Source: Escherichia phage vB_EcoM_WFC. Taken from it: 64,000 bases of DNA. The DNA lies in sequence record NC_048195.1. The stretch is one strand, 5' to 3'. Positions 29,252-38,865 of the stretch are shown piece after piece. A program made the position numbers and the translations under genes. The first letter of the stretch is position 1. Each line of letters opens with the position of its first letter. The notes under the pieces are model-generated. The model did not search any database. It was not told where the DNA came from and saw only the letters and a list, made by a program, of their open reading frames with translations.

Positions 29252-30124
29252 TTGAAAAAGAGAATCCTTAAAGTCACCTTATCTATGCCGGATGGCACAA
29301 GCCAAGTGCTTGATGAAGGATTGATGCTTAGATGCCGAATCAAAAAGGCAGCACTTTCCGTGCAAAATAAGGCCACAATCGAAGTCGCAGGATTGACAGG
29401 GTACTTGAGAGAGTACCTGCTTTCCAACTTCACCGCATTCAACAAACGTCTGCGTGATCAAGGCCAATTGGCGGCGAATCACGTCAACGTAACAATTGAA
29501 GCTGGATATAGAGAAGGCAACGTTGTTAGCAGCAACTTAGTCTACAAGGGGCAAGTCACAACGGTCGAGATAACAGCGCCGCCGCCGAACATCGTCATAC
29601 GCATCACTTGCTACACCAACCAGATAAACAGGACTAAGTTCATCACTCAAGCTGCACCGTCAAACCCAACATTCAAAGAGTTTGTGGAGTGGTCGGCAAA
29701 GCAAATGGATATTGATACTGTTATATGCGATACTTCGATTAACAATCAGCGTCTTGTTAACCCAGGCCGCACAACATATGTTGCAGCCGCCTTGCTGCTT
29801 GAGATTCAGAACTATCAAAGGAACTCTATTGCGGCATATATCGATGATGATACGCTCATCGTCAAGGATAAAGACAAAATTCTGAATCCAGAACAGATAA
29901 CGGTGATTGAGGAATTTGTCGGAATACCGATGTGGAACGAGTGGGGTGCTGACTTCACTTGCATGTATAACGCGGATTTGAAGCTTGCCCAAGGTGTGAA
30001 ATTCAAATCAGTCTTAAACCCAAGCTTGAACGACACCACATTCGTCATCATGCAACTTGAATATGATTTAGCAAGTCGTGATGACATATTTACGGTGACG
30101 GGCGGCGTTGCACCATCGGCCTAA
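29252..30124 (+). CDS. Baseplate/distal tail protein (putative)
   Basis: 290 aa; TTG start; follows tape measure. Confidence 0.45.
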   Translation: MKKRILKVTLSMPDGTSQVLDEGLMLRCRIKKAALSVQNKATIEVAGLTGYLREYLLSNFTAFNKRLRDQGQLAANHVNVTIEAGYREGNVVSSNLVYKGQVTTVEITAPPPNIVIRITCYTNQINRTKFITQAAPSNPTFKEFVEWSAKQMDIDTVICDTSINNQRLVNPGRTTYVAAALLLEIQNYQRNSIAAYIDDDTLIVKDKDKILNPEQITVIEEFVGIPMWNEWGADFTCMYNADLKLAQGVKFKSVLNPSLNDTTFVIMQLEYDLASRDDIFTVTGGVAPSA

Positions 30125-30126
30125 AT

Positions 30127-30648
30127 ATGAGAAAGAATAAAGTAATTGAGTTGTTTGGAGTTACTTATGAAATACATCAATTCAGCGCAATAGATGCGTT
30201 TGAAATGGTTGATGCGATAAGCATATTAACTCCACTTGAATTATTAAGTGAATGTCATGTTATTAAATATGACGGAACTAAAGTCAGGCTGAATTCTGAG
30301 AAGGCCATCAGTGAAGAAGTGAAAAGTGTGCCAAATCACTTGCCGCCCAACCTTGTATTGAAAGTTCTAATGGAAGCGGTAAAGAAGCACAATTTTGGAT
30401 TCCTCAGTGATTGGAAAGGCACTAAGATTCCAAATAGATTCTTGGCTGACGTTCCGACCGTGGAGCCTAATTATCTTGAGCCGATGGTTGCAAGCCTAAT
30501 AAACAATGGTCTTGCTTCGTTAAAAGAATTGGAAGAATATTATTCATTGCGTGATGCATTCGCCATGTTTGATGGACTAATAGCAAAATCACTTAATGAA
30601 GCCTACTCAAACGAAGCTGCCATTAAAGAATCAAAGTCAAATCGCTAA
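30127..30648 (+). CDS. Hypothetical baseplate protein
   Basis: 173 aa ORF. Confidence 0.45.
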   Translation: MRKNKVIELFGVTYEIHQFSAIDAFEMVDAISILTPLELLSECHVIKYDGTKVRLNSEKAISEEVKSVPNHLPPNLVLKVLMEAVKKHNFGFLSDWKGTKIPNRFLADVPTVEPNYLEPMVASLINNGLASLKELEEYYSLRDAFAMFDGLIAKSLNEAYSNEAAIKESKSNR

Positions 30649-30660
30649 AATATTGCTTAT

Positions 30661-30705
30661 AGACTCCTTATAGATTATAATTTGTTGATCAGATATAAGG
30701 AGTCT
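30661..30705 (+). promoter_or_regulatory. Perfect 12-bp inverted repeat sequestering the RBS of the spike gene
   Basis: AGACTCCTTATA (30661-30672) and TATAAGGAGTCT (30694-30705) with 21-nt loop; AAGGAG RBS is inside the 3' arm. Confidence 0.5.
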
Positions 30706-31434
30706 ATGATGGCAGAAAAGTTAACCCAACTTACAAGCCCCAACCAAACTGACAAATCAAGTATGTTTGCCGCGCTGCAGGGAATGCTGGACCGTGGCAA
30801 GTATACCACTGACGGCATGATTCCTGCACAAGTAATATCTTATGACCGCAAACAGAATTTAGCAGTCATAAAGCCTGTTATTCATTTCGTAAGTCTTGAT
30901 GATAGACCAGTGGAGCGTCAACCACTGGTGTCAATTCCTGTATTGGCAATCGGCGGCGGCGGCTTCGTAATCAACTTTCCTCTGAAAGAGGGTGATTTGG
31001 GCTGGATATTCGCTGGCGACCGCGAGTTGTCGACATTCCTTGAAGAATTGAAGCCGACCGCGCCTACCAATGGCCGCGCGAAAACTTTCGCTGATGGACT
31101 GTTCATACCGGATGTATTTAGAAAATACACCATAAGCGGAGAGGATGCAGGCTCAATGGTAATCCAGTCACTCAGCGGCGCTGTCCGCATTGCATTAAGT
31201 GATGACTCGATAAACATAACTGCATCGGCTGGAGTAAATGTGAAAACACCAATAACCACTATCGACCAACAATTGATAGTTAATGGAAAGGCAACGTTCA
31301 ATGGTGGTATAGAAGGGAAAGAAGGAACGACGGCAACGCTTCCGACTGGCACAACAATCGGCGGCACAAATGTATCCACTCACGGTCACATAGGTAACGG
31401 ACCTGGAAACAGAACTGGGGATATGATAGAATGA
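30706..31434 (+). CDS. Baseplate central spike protein (gpV-like, putative)
   Basis: Gly-rich core; C-terminal STHGHIGNGPG His motif reminiscent of spike apex. Confidence 0.5.
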   Translation: MMAEKLTQLTSPNQTDKSSMFAALQGMLDRGKYTTDGMIPAQVISYDRKQNLAVIKPVIHFVSLDDRPVERQPLVSIPVLAIGGGGFVINFPLKEGDLGWIFAGDRELSTFLEELKPTAPTNGRAKTFADGLFIPDVFRKYTISGEDAGSMVIQSLSGAVRIALSDDSINITASAGVNVKTPITTIDQQLIVNGKATFNGGIEGKEGTTATLPTGTTIGGTNVSTHGHIGNGPGNRTGDMIE

Positions 31435-32702
31435 GTGCACAATATTCTTACATAGTAAGCACTGGTGTAATAACCATCGACACAGCCGATTTGCTGGCTG
31501 ACGTTCAAAGTGAATGGATTGAGTCATTAGGGGTCGGGCTTGACGTTGATGCCTCGACACCGCAAGGCACCCTAATCGCGACAGAGACTTTGGCAAGAAC
31601 TTCAGTCATGAAGAACAATGCCGAGCTGGGAAGTCTCATCAACCCTAATTATTCATATGGCGTATACCTTGATGCCATCGCGGCGTTGCTTGGTATTGAG
31701 CGAACGAAAAACATCAGCACGATGTTGAAAGGAATTACCGCAGAAGGAACGCCGCTGTTGGAAATTCCTGCTGGAAGTTTGCTGACGGATTCAAACGGTA
31801 CATACTGGTATGTTCTTGAAGACGTTCAAATCACTTCGACTGGCAAGACAGGCAATATGACTCTTGCATCAAAAGAGTATGGCTCATTTACTGTTGCGCC
31901 TGATGAAGAGTTTACCGTGGTGCAAGGATATGACGTCATCGGATGGTCAAGAACGTATTCAACATCAGCAACGACGACCGTACCAGGTACGCAATACATG
32001 GGCGACGGAGCGTTAAAGGCCGCTCGCGTTAAGCGCCTTTACCAGCAGGGAATTGCATCGCTTGGTGCTATTCGCGCTCGCGCCATGTCGGTCGACGGCG
32101 TGGAATCGGTGATGGTCGTGGAGAACGACACGGGATTGCCTGGAACGGTGCGCGGCATCACCTTTTCAACGCCTAACGGTGTCTGGGTGTGCGCAAGCGG
32201 AACGTTCGATAAGCAAGTTTTTGCTGAGACTATTTTCAAGGCAAAGATGGGTGGCCAGCCGTGGGACTTTGGTGCTACCAACCAGGGTGATCCAGTCAAC
32301 TCGCCTGATGGAATAGAAGTTGTCGACGAAGAATCGCAACTGTCTTATTTCGTAAAGTTCAACACTGCTGTCATATATGACTTGTATGTCGACATTACTG
32401 TTGTAAGAGGCACCGCAACCGCCGATGCCGAATCTATTATTGCCGCTGTGTTGAATTACGGTAATGGAAATTTTAACGGCGAGCAAGGATATGCAGTGGG
32501 CCAATCTCAATCTTCTTTTGAGATTGCTTCAGCAGTGTCTTGCGAGTATCCAGGTCTGTACATTAAAGATTGCAAAATTGCAGCAGTAAAAAGCGGACAG
32601 GCAGCGCCAAATTATCCATCCGATTACGGCAGCGAGTGGATTGCCAATCCTTGGGATAAGGCTAATACTATGCGCGGCTTCATCAACGTTAAATTTGTGT
32701 GA
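31431..32702 (+). CDS. Baseplate J-like protein
   Basis: 423 aa; position and size typical; 4-nt overlap with spike gene. Confidence 0.55.
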   Translation: MSAQYSYIVSTGVITIDTADLLADVQSEWIESLGVGLDVDASTPQGTLIATETLARTSVMKNNAELGSLINPNYSYGVYLDAIAALLGIERTKNISTMLKGITAEGTPLLEIPAGSLLTDSNGTYWYVLEDVQITSTGKTGNMTLASKEYGSFTVAPDEEFTVVQGYDVIGWSRTYSTSATTTVPGTQYMGDGALKAARVKRLYQQGIASLGAIRARAMSVDGVESVMVVENDTGLPGTVRGITFSTPNGVWVCASGTFDKQVFAETIFKAKMGGQPWDFGATNQGDPVNSPDGIEVVDEESQLSYFVKFNTAVIYDLYVDITVVRGTATADAESIIAAVLNYGNGNFNGEQGYAVGQSQSSFEIASAVSCEYPGLYIKDCKIAAVKSGQAAPNYPSDYGSEWIANPWDKANTMRGFINVKFV

Positions 32703-32708
32703 GGAACT

Positions 32709-32981
32709 ATGCAAAAGTTTGACACAAACCTGTTGCAAAACCTTAAGTGGATGCAGAACAATGCGCCAAACATCACATCTTTGGTGCAAAAGAAAAGTGA
32801 CTGGTATGAAAGATACCAAGATCAGTTTTGGACTGACTGGTACAATAACATTTTTAACATTGACACTTGTGATGCAATGGGCATTTATATTTGGTGCGAC
32901 ATTCTTTGCATACCAAGAGACTTTGTGGACTTAAGCAATTATGAGCACAACTGGGCGTTTGGACCGACGCGACAACTTTGA
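32709..32981 (+). CDS. Baseplate/tail fiber-associated protein, N-terminal segment (possibly frameshifted gene)
   Basis: 90-aa ORF overlapping next ORF in +1 frame. Confidence 0.35.
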   Translation: MQKFDTNLLQNLKWMQNNAPNITSLVQKKSDWYERYQDQFWTDWYNNIFNIDTCDAMGIYIWCDILCIPRDFVDLSNYEHNWAFGPTRQL

Positions 32982-33219
32982 AGGTGCGGACAACATCGGC
33001 GGCAACTTCTTTGGTGCTGGCGGGAAGGTTGTAAAGAATATCGAAGAAGCACGCATACTTCTTAAGCTTCGTTATCTGACGCTCACAAGTGATGGCCGCA
33101 TCGAAAGTATCAACCGCATGCTTAAGTGGATTTTCAACCGTGGAGAGGCTTGGGATTACTCTTCATCACGCTACGCATACGTGGACCGACAACACTCAAG
33201 GCGCAGTATCTTCATCTGA
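32941..33219 (+). CDS. Baseplate/tail fiber-associated protein, second segment (possibly frameshifted gene)
   Basis: 92-aa ORF overlapping both neighbours in different frames. Confidence 0.3.
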   Translation: MSTTGRLDRRDNFEGADNIGGNFFGAGGKVVKNIEEARILLKLRYLTLTSDGRIESINRMLKWIFNRGEAWDYSSSRYAYVDRQHSRRSIFI

Positions 33220-35446
33220 ATCAACAAATGGATCATTCCTTCTATACGACTGGCAGGGGTCAACTGAGATTCAGCACGATTATAAGCAGATACTTTTAAG
33301 CCATGGCAACAACGCCGGACTGACTATCAGCGGAGTGTCAGGCACCGTGTCACGGATGGCGCATCCAGATTGGTACTCATGGGGGAATGGTTCCGGCACA
33401 GGTCTTGTCGGCGGCGACACAAGACAGTATGGCGGCCCTGATTACTATGGGCAGTTGTGTGGCGATTACCCAGGTGAGGCAATAGAGAATTTTGCCAACG
33501 CAGTAAGGGTCGTCAAGACGGCTTCAAGCGGTGAGCCTGTGTATTCTTTGGCCAATAATCCAAGCGCACAGTCAATTGCCCTTCCTTCGCAGGCTGGCGT
33601 TAACGTTTGCTATAGCTTCTACATAAAGGTGCTTTCTGAAAACGTCGCTTCTGTTTCTGTTACAGAGAATAGTGATGCATCGAGTAATGGAAAGCTGTTT
33701 GACCCCGTCACTGGCCAGTTCAACTTGGACCCGTCATTGAGCTATTTCATCAAAGGTAAATTCGATGGAGTAAGAAGGGAATCAAACCGTGGTGGCATAA
33801 AAGCAATTGGCGGCGATTGGTATCGAATCTGGATTGTAGAGCAGACGGCAACCGCTGCTTCTGGAGTAAGTACCAGCTTTTCAATAGAGTTGAAGGCGAC
33901 TGCCGCTGGATCAACTCAAACTCGTGAATTGCCTGAAGGGTCTGATGCTCTTTTGTTTGGATACTCGATTTGCGTCTGCGACCCTGTTCAGAATCCAAAT
34001 GGACCTGAGCCTTATTTTTATGGAACGCAAAACCCTCCTTCTGACGGAACAGCAATCCTGTCTGTAACGGCGGGAACGCTCAATAACATCTCCTGTGCAA
34101 ACGGACCGCTGACGACAAGAAACGGTGTAGTTGGCGAGTCATTCATGCAACCTGGCTCATCACTTGCATACTCTGGCTCAATCGGTGGCTACCCGTACCC
34201 AGGGAACGCCACGCTGATTGCAGAGACTGATGGAATCAGACGCTCATGGAACGTTAGCAGGCTGGATGGAGTACCGCCGCCGCCGACCGCCGACTATTAC
34301 ATGGAATACGTCATCGGACCTTATTTCGCCAACAACCTGTCTGACAACTTTAAGACGCTAGTTGGCGACAGGAATGAAGGATTCTTGCCAGCAAATGCCG
34401 GAATACGCTGGCAGCTTTACCAAGAAGTCGCAGACTTATCTGATATCGATTTGACTGTCAACGACATAACAGACACGCGCGTAGGATTTGAAACGGAAGG
34501 TGTTGCGTGGATTAACACTGACGGTATCATTAGAGTTGGCGGCATCAACGAGTGGCCGCTGAACAACTTCAACGGTGTGATACGCCAGCTTGAATCTTTG
34601 AAAGGTGTAAACCAGGTCGTCGACGGCGCACTTGTCAACGACTATTCAATCTCAAAAGCATCAAGAGATGACTTTGGTCGTGAAATACCACGCGCGGCAA
34701 TCACTAACTATTGGCGCTACACACAGCCAAACGACGGTACATCTTTTGGCAATATCATTGAGGATGGCGCAAACACTGTCACAGCTACGCCAATCAGCGG
34801 TGTGCCCAACCAGTTCCCATCATTCAAGCTTTCCGCTACAATAGGGACTGTGCCAGCGTCCGGTTATGCACGCGCTGTACTTGCTACTAAATACACTGGC
34901 ACCCTGACTGGCCCTTTGTCATTTATCGCAATAGTCAAAAACAACACGGTTAACGGTCAAAAACTTTTTGTAACTGTACCGGATGGGATGGGTGGCTATA
35001 TCCCTAAATTCTACAACATAGGCGCAGGTGATTTGCAACGTATCGAAATTGACCTTGCCGCTGAGATTGTTGAAGGCGCTACCTGGGATGGATCAACAGG
35101 CGGCATCAGCATCGGTTTGATATCAGGGAAAGACTTGCCGACCGAAGTTGGTACGACTCTTGAACTTGATATTTTAAGCTTGATGCTTGTGTCTGGTAGT
35201 ACGATGAATGCGCTTGCAATTTCAACAAGCGAAGATTTCGCAAAGAAAACTGCGACTTCTATATACATCAAAAACCCAGGATCACTTGCCACTGGAGTTC
35301 AACTGATTGCTTCTAATGGTGATGTTGTAGCAACAGTAAACTTTCCGAGAAGTGCTGCTGGTGGTTATGTTTCAAGCATGAACATAACTGACTTAACTGG
35401 TGATTGGGCAACAACCCTTTTGTCAAAAATTAAATACATCGTGTAG
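33089..35446 (+). CDS. Tail fiber / baseplate wedge protein
   Basis: 785 aa, Gly/Ser/Thr/Asn-rich; tail-gene context; N-terminus overlaps upstream ORF by 130 nt. Confidence 0.5.
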   Translation: MMAASKVSTACLSGFSTVERLGITLHHATHTWTDNTQGAVSSSESTNGSFLLYDWQGSTEIQHDYKQILLSHGNNAGLTISGVSGTVSRMAHPDWYSWGNGSGTGLVGGDTRQYGGPDYYGQLCGDYPGEAIENFANAVRVVKTASSGEPVYSLANNPSAQSIALPSQAGVNVCYSFYIKVLSENVASVSVTENSDASSNGKLFDPVTGQFNLDPSLSYFIKGKFDGVRRESNRGGIKAIGGDWYRIWIVEQTATAASGVSTSFSIELKATAAGSTQTRELPEGSDALLFGYSICVCDPVQNPNGPEPYFYGTQNPPSDGTAILSVTAGTLNNISCANGPLTTRNGVVGESFMQPGSSLAYSGSIGGYPYPGNATLIAETDGIRRSWNVSRLDGVPPPPTADYYMEYVIGPYFANNLSDNFKTLVGDRNEGFLPANAGIRWQLYQEVADLSDIDLTVNDITDTRVGFETEGVAWINTDGIIRVGGINEWPLNNFNGVIRQLESLKGVNQVVDGALVNDYSISKASRDDFGREIPRAAITNYWRYTQPNDGTSFGNIIEDGANTVTATPISGVPNQFPSFKLSATIGTVPASGYARAVLATKYTGTLTGPLSFIAIVKNNTVNGQKLFVTVPDGMGGYIPKFYNIGAGDLQRIEIDLAAEIVEGATWDGSTGGISIGLISGKDLPTEVGTTLELDILSLMLVSGSTMNALAISTSEDFAKKTATSIYIKNPGSLATGVQLIASNGDVVATVNFPRSAAGGYVSSMNITDLTGDWATTLLSKIKYIV

Positions 35447-35456
35447 AGGAACGGCA

Positions 35457-37241
35457 ATGCCAACACTTATTAACAGACCTTTCGCGCAAAGCGGTGATGT
35501 ATCCGTGGTGCCGGATGCAAGTCCAAGCGGTTATGTGAACTTCCAGCGCGGCTACACCCCTGACTATGCACTTGCGCTGGAAGCCGGAAACGTCGCCGCG
35601 AAAGCAGTTGAACGTGAGTCGATGAACTGGTTGCTGAATCTGATCACCGACAACCTTATGTTCATCCAGGACCACGGCGCTCAACAGTATTTCTCGTCTG
35701 ACTTGAAGCCAGATGGATACCCGAAAAATGCCATCGTTGTCAGCAACTCCGGCACCCCTTCAGCGCCTGAATGGCGCATTTTCCAGAGTGTGGTAGACGG
35801 CAACACCAGCGCAGTCCCAGCTAACGGCGAAACGGAATCTTGGCAGGAATTGACGCTGCCTAGCGAAGCGCGAAAATATATTCCTATGCCTGCTGGCGGC
35901 GATGCGCAAAACCCGTATTTTGTTCGCGGACTGATTTCAAACTTTGTGGACTTTGATAATATCACGACTTCCACAACTATTGTTATTCAATCTGACGCAG
36001 TCGCCGCTCTCTGCTCTAACATCCCGAACGCGGTTGGTGCGACGAAGGTTGCAGGTCGTCTCCAGGTTTGCGCTTGGCAGGTTAATGCGCAGACTTTCGC
36101 CCTGCAACAATACACGTCAATGAACGGATATGTTTTCACCCGCTCTTATACTTCTGGTGCCTGGAGTGCCTGGATTCAAAATGCTACTGTTCAAGACGTG
36201 CAAATTGGAACGCCGAATCTTGCATCAGGTAAAGGCGCACAAGATATAATCCTTACCGTTCCAGCAGGTTATTCATGGCCTCCGTCAGCAGGTAGTCGCC
36301 TGACCATCATTAATGATGTCACGACCACCGGACCTGTCACCGTGACCATTGGTGCAAACAAAGTTGCAGTCCTTGGATTCGACGGCGGCGAGCTGCCAGC
36401 AGGGTCCATCGTCGGGCTTCTTCCTTTTACTATTATTTATGACGGCACCGTTTGGCGTCTTCTTCAAGCATTCGGCGCGGCGCAAATCGGTGTCGATGCT
36501 AGTGAGCCGCAACAGTTTGTTACAAAGCGCCAACTCGATGCTTTGGCCGCGAAGTTGATCACTATGGGTGATGTGTTCGAAGTCGGTGAGACTCGATTCT
36601 TGACTAATGGCACCAACCCAAATACTAAACTGGGCGCTTACGGTCAGGTATGGACCAGGTTGCCTGATAACATGGTCATCAGGACGTCTGGCACGGCAAG
36701 AAACGGTCTTGACACTGGAGGTGCAGACTCTGTTACTCTTACCGCCGCCATGCTTCCTCTCCACAATCACAGCGTGGACATCACTACGCGACAAAGTGGT
36801 CCATGGTCCAATACCACTGGAGACGCAGGCAACCATAACCACACAGGCGATACTAGTCAGAACGGTGCTCACGTGCACGGAATGGATGCCGCTGGTAATC
36901 ATTATCACGACAGTGGCTGGGGTGAGGCTTATGCAGACCAGGCTAGATACGGGGTATATGATGGCACGCACAATAACCTTGGAAGTGCAAGATCTGATTA
37001 TGACAACTATAAATACAACACCTCAACTAACGGCAACCACGTTCACAATATTCAATCTTCTGGGTCACACACTCATGGGTTGAATATAAATTACGCTGGC
37101 AATCACAGCCATGGATATACCCTCCCCGCTCACACTCACGATGTGGTCGGTAACACTGGCGATGCAGGGCAGTCCGTCCCAACGGCTGTTTCAACTCTGC
37201 CGCGATATGTCGTCTTGAACGGCTGGTACAGAAGCGCATAA
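35457..37241 (+). CDS. Tail fiber with His-x-His repeat tip (gp37-like metal-binding motifs)
   Basis: ATG 35457 with GAGGA RBS; C-terminal HNHTGD, HVHG, HYHD, HVHN, HTHG, HSHG, HTHD repeats. Confidence 0.65.
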   Translation: MPTLINRPFAQSGDVSVVPDASPSGYVNFQRGYTPDYALALEAGNVAAKAVERESMNWLLNLITDNLMFIQDHGAQQYFSSDLKPDGYPKNAIVVSNSGTPSAPEWRIFQSVVDGNTSAVPANGETESWQELTLPSEARKYIPMPAGGDAQNPYFVRGLISNFVDFDNITTSTTIVIQSDAVAALCSNIPNAVGATKVAGRLQVCAWQVNAQTFALQQYTSMNGYVFTRSYTSGAWSAWIQNATVQDVQIGTPNLASGKGAQDIILTVPAGYSWPPSAGSRLTIINDVTTTGPVTVTIGANKVAVLGFDGGELPAGSIVGLLPFTIIYDGTVWRLLQAFGAAQIGVDASEPQQFVTKRQLDALAAKLITMGDVFEVGETRFLTNGTNPNTKLGAYGQVWTRLPDNMVIRTSGTARNGLDTGGADSVTLTAAMLPLHNHSVDITTRQSGPWSNTTGDAGNHNHTGDTSQNGAHVHGMDAAGNHYHDSGWGEAYADQARYGVYDGTHNNLGSARSDYDNYKYNTSTNGNHVHNIQSSGSHTHGLNINYAGNHSHGYTLPAHTHDVVGNTGDAGQSVPTAVSTLPRYVVLNGWYRSA

Positions 37242-37249
37242 GGTGATTT

Positions 37250-37894
37250 ATGATTAATGCAAACGTAATATCTAAAGGGACCGGATGCAGCATGGATGTT
37301 GCTGAAAAATGGGTCGACCCCTTCAAGCAGGCTTGTGAGCACTACGGAATCAAAAGCAAGAATGCCATCGCGGCGCTGCTTGCAAACGTAGGAGTGGAAA
37401 CAGGCAGCCTGAAGACCTTTGTGGAAAACCTGAATTATTCCGCTCAAGGTCTTGCTAATACGTGGCCTAGCCGTTACAGCGCCAGCGGTCGTTTCGGTGG
37501 CGCACCAAACTCCTTGGCATTGTCGATTGCCCGTAAACCAATGGAAATCGCCAATAATACATATGCAAACCGAATGGGAAATGGTTCGGTAGCATCTGGC
37601 GACGGTTGGAAGTACCGTGGCCGTGGTGCCATTCAGCTGACTGGAAAGGCTAACTATGCAGAGTATTCAAAGCAATCAGGGTATGACGCATTGAATAACC
37701 CTGACATTTTGACTGAGCCGAAATACATCGCTGACAGCGCGGCGTGGTTCTTCAAGAACAGCGGTTGCATTCCACTTGCCGATGCGGGTGCATTTGATTC
37801 GACCGTGAAGCGGATTAACGGGGCCGCGCCGAATACGGCTAACCATGGGGATTTGCGACGGAAGCGTTACAAGGATGTACTAGCAGTCATGTAA
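37250..37894 (+). CDS. Endolysin, glycoside hydrolase family 19 (chitinase-like lysozyme)
   Basis: 214 aa; YRGRGAIQLTGKANY motif characteristic of GH19. Confidence 0.8.
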   Translation: MINANVISKGTGCSMDVAEKWVDPFKQACEHYGIKSKNAIAALLANVGVETGSLKTFVENLNYSAQGLANTWPSRYSASGRFGGAPNSLALSIARKPMEIANNTYANRMGNGSVASGDGWKYRGRGAIQLTGKANYAEYSKQSGYDALNNPDILTEPKYIADSAAWFFKNSGCIPLADAGAFDSTVKRINGAAPNTANHGDLRRKRYKDVLAVM

Positions 37895-37895
37895 G

Positions 37896-37926
37896 AAAAA
37901 GGCCCATATGGGCCTTTGTTTATTTT
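37896..37926. terminator. Bidirectional rho-independent terminator between convergent genes
   Basis: GGCCCA-TA-TGGGCC hairpin flanked by A-tract and T-tract. Confidence 0.6.
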
Positions 37927-38150
37927 ACGGCTTCAACCTGGACAGGCGGCGCGGAACTTGTATCAATGTCTGGCAAGTCGAAGTAATACCCCGCCATGCC
38001 AATCACGCCAACAATCGCGGCCCGTGCCACCTTGTTGCTAATTGACTCCCCAATAAGCTTTACCAACAGGGACAAGATTTGAGACGTCAAAGCCTTTTTC
38101 AGCCTTTTGTTTTCTTCCAAATCTTTCTGCATAACTACCACCCATGTCAA
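37920..38150 (-). CDS. Small membrane protein (1 TM)
   Basis: 76 aa; hydrophobic AAIVGVIGMAGYYF. Confidence 0.4.
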   Translation of the reverse strand: MTWVVVMQKDLEENKRLKKALTSQILSLLVKLIGESISNKVARAAIVGVIGMAGYYFDLPDIDTSSAPPVQVEAVK

Positions 38151-38689
38151 CGCACATCCTGTGTCTTAACATTACCTGAAGCATCTCTTAAGGGCAGTGG
38201 ATAGTAGGCCATTTGGTAGTCTGATACGCCTTCAACATGATAAAACACGATTACGTCTTTGCTGTTGATGAGCATGTTAACGACATCTGATTTATCTTCT
38301 GGAGTGAGTATGAGTGCGCCGCCTGTCCTGCTGTCTACTGCAACAGGGTATGTCTTGTCGACAAGGCCGCTGTCCAATGTATTATACCTGACAACGATTT
38401 CAGCGGCATCAACTTTTGCAATTGACATTCCGAACACAAACGAAACGACTTGGCGACCGCGATCATTCATTACGCACATCTTTTCCTTATCAAACCTTTT
38501 CTTTATCACATCATATTTGTTCCAGCAAAATTCGAACGATTGGCCGTTGTTAAAATATCTCGTTAACACTTTGGCATTACTATTTGGCGGCGTAAACATA
38601 CTTTCAGCCGCTGCACTTTTGGTGAAGAACAAGACTGTCAGCATAGCCATGATGGTGATCAAAACAATCTTTAAAGTTTTCGATTTCAT
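38147..38689 (-). CDS. Secreted/periplasmic protein with N-terminal signal peptide
   Basis: 180 aa; MKSKTLKIVLITIMAMLTVLFFTKSAAAE signal-like N-terminus. Confidence 0.5.
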   Translation of the reverse strand: MKSKTLKIVLITIMAMLTVLFFTKSAAAESMFTPPNSNAKVLTRYFNNGQSFEFCWNKYDVIKKRFDKEKMCVMNDRGRQVVSFVFGMSIAKVDAAEIVVRYNTLDSGLVDKTYPVAVDSRTGGALILTPEDKSDVVNMLINSKDVIVFYHVEGVSDYQMAYYPLPLRDASGNVKTQDVR

Positions 38690-38760
38690 TATAATTCACC
38701 TTTTGATTACGAATATTAATAGTATAGGCCGAAGGTTTTGAAAGTAAATAAGGCGAAAGG

Positions 38761-38793
38761 TAAATAAAAGAAAAGCCGGAGATTTCCGGCTTT
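38761..38793 (-). terminator. Rho-independent terminator (minus strand)
   Basis: AGCCGGA/TCCGGCT hairpin followed on minus strand by TTTTCTTTTATTT. Confidence 0.55.
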
Positions 38794-38865
38794 ATGTATA
38801 CACTGTATATTAAATTCTATAAAACGACGCGATAGATTATCCGCACCAATTATTTATCTAGTGTC

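Noticed and set aside
36285-36971. 228-aa minus-strand ORF
   Set aside because: Antisense to the HxH tail fiber gene.
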